A program made the translations under genes and the position numbers. The notes below the pieces were generated by a model, which was not told the DNA's origin, searched no databases, and saw only the letters and a list, made by a program, of their open reading frames with translations. Positions 60,040-64,000 of a stretch of DNA of 64,000 nucleotides are shown piece after piece (the stretch's first letter is position 1; each line of letters opens with the position of its first letter). The DNA comes from Azolla caroliniana (lineage: Eukaryota; Plantae; Polypodiophyta): positions 9,114,001-9,178,000 of the forward strand of contig JBHGNT010000004.1 in the NCBI GenBank assembly GCA_043228905.1, written 5' to 3'.

Positions 60040-63000
60040 TGTCACGAGTACAAGATATACACAAGAGAGTAGAAGATAATCAAAGGGATGAGTTGATTAA
60101 TTGAAAGACTCCATAACTGGTGTTGTTCACCTTGATTATAATCTAGGTGAACGCACATATTTATACAAGTTCTGAGATTGAATATCTCTAGAATATACCT
60201 AAGAAATATCTCTAGAATATACCCGAGAAATATCTCTAGAATATACTTGTCTAGAATATACCATAGAACATTTCTAGTATATACTAAACAATAGAATATT
60301 CTATATGCTCGACTATATAATATTAACCATATACTTTACATATAACTTAAGGGTTTCCAAAAGGTTTATCTAATACTAAGTATTGGGTGTGTTATAGGTT
60401 AGAGGTTCGAGTCTATGACATTATCCCCCCTCCTACGCCGCCTTCCCAAACCCGTCGCCGGTTTGTGGGGATATCGGAGATGAAAATCTTGAACCACCTC
60501 TGGGGCATTTTATAAATTCTTTGCGGGTTCCCACGTGGCGTCAAACAAGGGGTAACCTTTCCACAAGACGAGGTATTGCAGGTGCTGACGGTGCAAACGT
60601 GAGTCAAGTATTTGGTTGACCTCGTATTCCTCGCCTGTCGTCAATTGCACAGGTGGTGGTGGTGGTGGGGGCTTAGCGTCATGGGAATTGCGAACCATAA
60701 TGGGGCTCGAGGAGGGAGACATGAAAAATATCATGAATCCGGAAATGGGATGGAAGGGCCAACCGGAAGGCGACGAGATTGATGCGCTCAACTATACAGA
60801 ATGGTCCCAACTTTTTGTAATCAAGTTTCTCAAATGGATGGGTAGTAGAGATGTGTCGTCGTAACAACTAGACCATGTCGCCAACGACAAAGGGTGGAGT
60901 GCTCGAGCGATGGCAATCAACGTGTTTCTTGTATCGTTCACTAGCGAGACGAAGCTCCAAGGATAAGTCATGATGTAGCTCTTCTAAAACGCGAGCTCCA
61001 CCCTCTGCTGAAGGGTTCACAGAAGTGGTAGGGAGGGAAATGGTGAAGCGAGGATGTAAACCATAGTTTGCAAAGAACGGAGTGATGCCAATTGATGCAT
61101 GGACAAAATTATTGTAGTCGAATTCTGCGAGTGAAAGCAAGTTGACCCAATCATCTTGTTGGTAACTAACTGAGAACCGAATTTATTACTCAAGGATTTG
61201 GTTGACGCTCTACATCTGACCGTCGGTCTAAGGGTGATAAGCGGAGGACAACTTGACGGAGATGCCTAAAGTTTGTAGCAGGCACTGTCAGAAGTGAGAG
61301 ACAAATTGGGGTCCACGATCAGAGATGGCATCGTCGGGGAGGCCATGCAAATGAACCACATGATTGAGGAGTAGATGTGTCATTCCTTCTTCGGAAATGG
61401 TTTTTGAGCATGGAGTGAAGTGAGCCATCTTTGTAAACCGATCAACAACAACCAACACTGATGCATAGCTATTGACCAAGGGTAGATCGGTTATGAGGTC
61501 CATAGAGATAGAGTCCTAGGGGTGACTAGGGTATGGAAGCGGCTGGAGTAAGCCATATGGCCGATGATGAGCAACTTTGGAGCGAGCGCAAACCTCACAA
61601 ATCTTGATGTATTATTTGACCAAATTCCATGGTTGTGGCGACCAATACCCTCGAGAGATTAGTTCGAAGGTTTTTGCAACTCCGAAGTGCCCTACAAGGG
61701 GGTCATCGTGGCATTCCCGCAAAACTCTGGTGCGACACGAGCCCTCCGGGACGTATAAAAGATGATCGCGGAATAACAAACCATATTGTATGGTGAAGTG
61801 GTCAAGGTCCGTCCTTCTCGGTGTCTTGGAGGGATTTTGTAGACTATTTCGAATGTTGTTGGCAAATGCATCAGTCGTGGATGCATCAGTAATCTGTTGG
61901 AGTAATGAATCATCTTGCAACATACAAGTGGCAGAAAGATGCAATTGGTGGGGTTTCAGCAAACAACGAGATTGTTGAGCATGAGCGGCATCCCCGGGGC
62001 GGATGGCAAATTCGGGTCGACGAGAAAGAGCATCGGCCATCCCATGTTGGCCACCAGGTCGAAATACAATCTCAAAATCATAGTCGGCGAGACATGTCGA
62101 TCAACGAGCCTGCCTTCGATTCAAAGTACGAGTAATGGAAAAATAAATTAAATTCTTATGATCAGTCACTACCTGGACATGGTGTTGTGCTCCGGCCAAA
62201 TAGGGGTGCCATTCTTCAAAGGAGGCAATGATAACGGCAAGCTCCTTTTCGTATATTGGATCATTTATTTTGGATGCAGTGAATTTACAATAGTAGTAAG
62301 CCACCGGGTGCATTATGTTGGCGTAATCAACTTGGGATAAAATGATGCCAATGACAAAGTCAAAGGCATCAATTTCGACATGGAAGGGTCATGTGGGGTC
62401 AGCATGTAGGAGCACAGGGGTAGTGGTGAATGTGTATTTGAGAGAGTCGGACGCATTTTATGCCGCCAAGGTCCATAGAAAGGGAGTACCTTTGTGCGTG
62501 AGGGCGATAAGAGGATGGGCTAGAGTGGAAAACCCCTGGATGAAGTGATGGTAAAAATTGGCGAAGCCGAGGAAGGATTGTACATCTTTAAGTCAAGTTG
62601 GAGTCACCCACTCCCGAATGACCCCGAATGACGGAAACCTTCTTCATATCCATTGTGATGCCATTGGGCGAGATGATGTAGCCCAAGAATTCAATCGAGG
62701 TACGGTCAAACTCGCATTTCTCACTTTTGGCATAAAGGCCGTGCTCCCAAAGTTTTGCAAGAACTAATTGGACTTGATGGGTGTGCTCTGCCATGTTTGG
62801 CGAGAAAATGAGAATATCATCCAGGTAGATAACCACAAAATGATCGAGATATTCTTGAAATATATCGTTCATCATATGTTGAAAAACAATTGGGGCATTA
62901 GTAAGACCGAAAGGCATTACCTTATATTCGAAATGCCCATATCGTGTTTGTAAGGCGGTTTTCCATTCATCATCGAGCTTGACGCGGACCAAATTGTACA

Positions 63001-64000
63001 CACCACGCAGATAAACTTTCGAGAAGACACGCATAGCTCGGAATCGGTCGAGGAGTTCGGGGATCAGATAACGGTTGTGCATAGTGAGTTTGTTTAGACC
63101 CCAAATAGTCTACACATAAGCGTAGAGAGCCGTCCTTCTTCTTCATGAATAATATGGGGGCCCCGGCCAACGACTTAGAAGGTTGAATAAATGCTTTCGC
63201 GAGGTTCTCATCGAGATACACTCAAAGGGACTTTAGCTCTCCTACAGACAATGCATATAGAGAACCAAAGGGTGGTGGACACACGCCTTCTTGAAGATCG
63301 ATGGGATAGTCGTAGAGCCGGTGTTCAGGCAAACGATCTGCATTACGTTTCTCAAATACATTGGAGAAGTCTTTATACTTGTCAGGAATAGTGTGCAGTG
63401 TGTTAGAAGTAGCTCCACAAATGGCGAGTGGGTGATGAACTAAGGGTGGAGTAGCCGAGTCGGGATCAACTGTCTCCGAAGGATGTGAAATGGAATTGGC
63501 CTTCATAGTTGTGCACGAGCATCCTGGCTCATTAAATGTGATCGAGCGATTGCACCAATCCACTATTGGATTGTGCCACGATAGTCCTAAGATGATCGCA
63601 TGCCGAGAGGATGCGATGAGGTTAAAGGGGAGCTCCTCCTAGTGGGAGCCCACACGAAGCCCTAATGGGATTGTAATCTTGGTAATTGCTCTTGATGAGA
63701 GGACACACCCATCAATGGCTTCAATAGGAATGGGTTTTGAGAGGTATATGGCGGGCCGGGTAACTCATGTGCTTGGGTGAATGCGACATCGATGAGGCAA
63801 GAAGACGCTCTAGAATTAAGTAAAGTGAGAGACTGAATGGAACTGGAATTAAAAGAAGGCATACCTCCAATGTGAAATTGCCTGATGTTCTAGCAATGGA
63901 ACCACTAGAATGTGGATGACGGTGTCACGTTATTAAGCGCGTGCGTGGAGAACGAGTCGGGACCACGGGGGCCTTGGACCGAGAAATAACCGAACGAGAA
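60040..64000 (-). mobile_element. Degenerate Tcn1-like chromovirus (3' LTR 60040-60420; runs off the right edge)
   Basis: PPT GGAGGGGGGATAA; chromodomain EEYEVNQILDSR...YLVLWKGYP...TWEP; integrase SDRGPQF; ADALSRR; [10 protein letters not shown] and YLDD in RT. Confidence 0.9.

Overview
Eukaryotic, transposon-dense DNA, most likely from a non-seed land plant (inferred from spliceosomal introns and a mix of iMet-primed Ty1/copia, Tcn1-like chromoviruses and tRNA-Trp-primed Ty3/gypsy). Most of the window is a nested LTR-retrotransposon stack whose insertion order can be read from LTRs, primer-binding sites (PBS), polypurine tracts (PPT) and target-site duplications (TSD). The only host-type genes are two tandem, intronless copies of a secreted lipocalin-like protein carrying a large helical insertion (45394-46593, 52393-53592). 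The best candidate for an undescribed system is at ~2400-10032. It is a putative DNA transposon with a DDE/D-type transposase-like frame (6896-9676, two nonsense mutations). Divergent from it is a spliced gene (at least 5 exons, at least 857 codons, reconstructed by hand with GT-AG junctions in phase) encoding a ParB/Srx-like domain fused to a bacterial-type beta-class amino (N6-A/N4-C) DNA methyltransferase. Intron 1 of that gene holds seven 25-bp palindromes at a 51-bp period. Other signals: a gypsy family with 4-bp CpG-centred TSDs, antisense tRNA-like cassettes in its LTRs, a -1 frameshift between protease and RT, and a gag-only partner element; and a self-priming-type fold-back junction. 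All domain calls come from motif recognition by eye; no database search was run.
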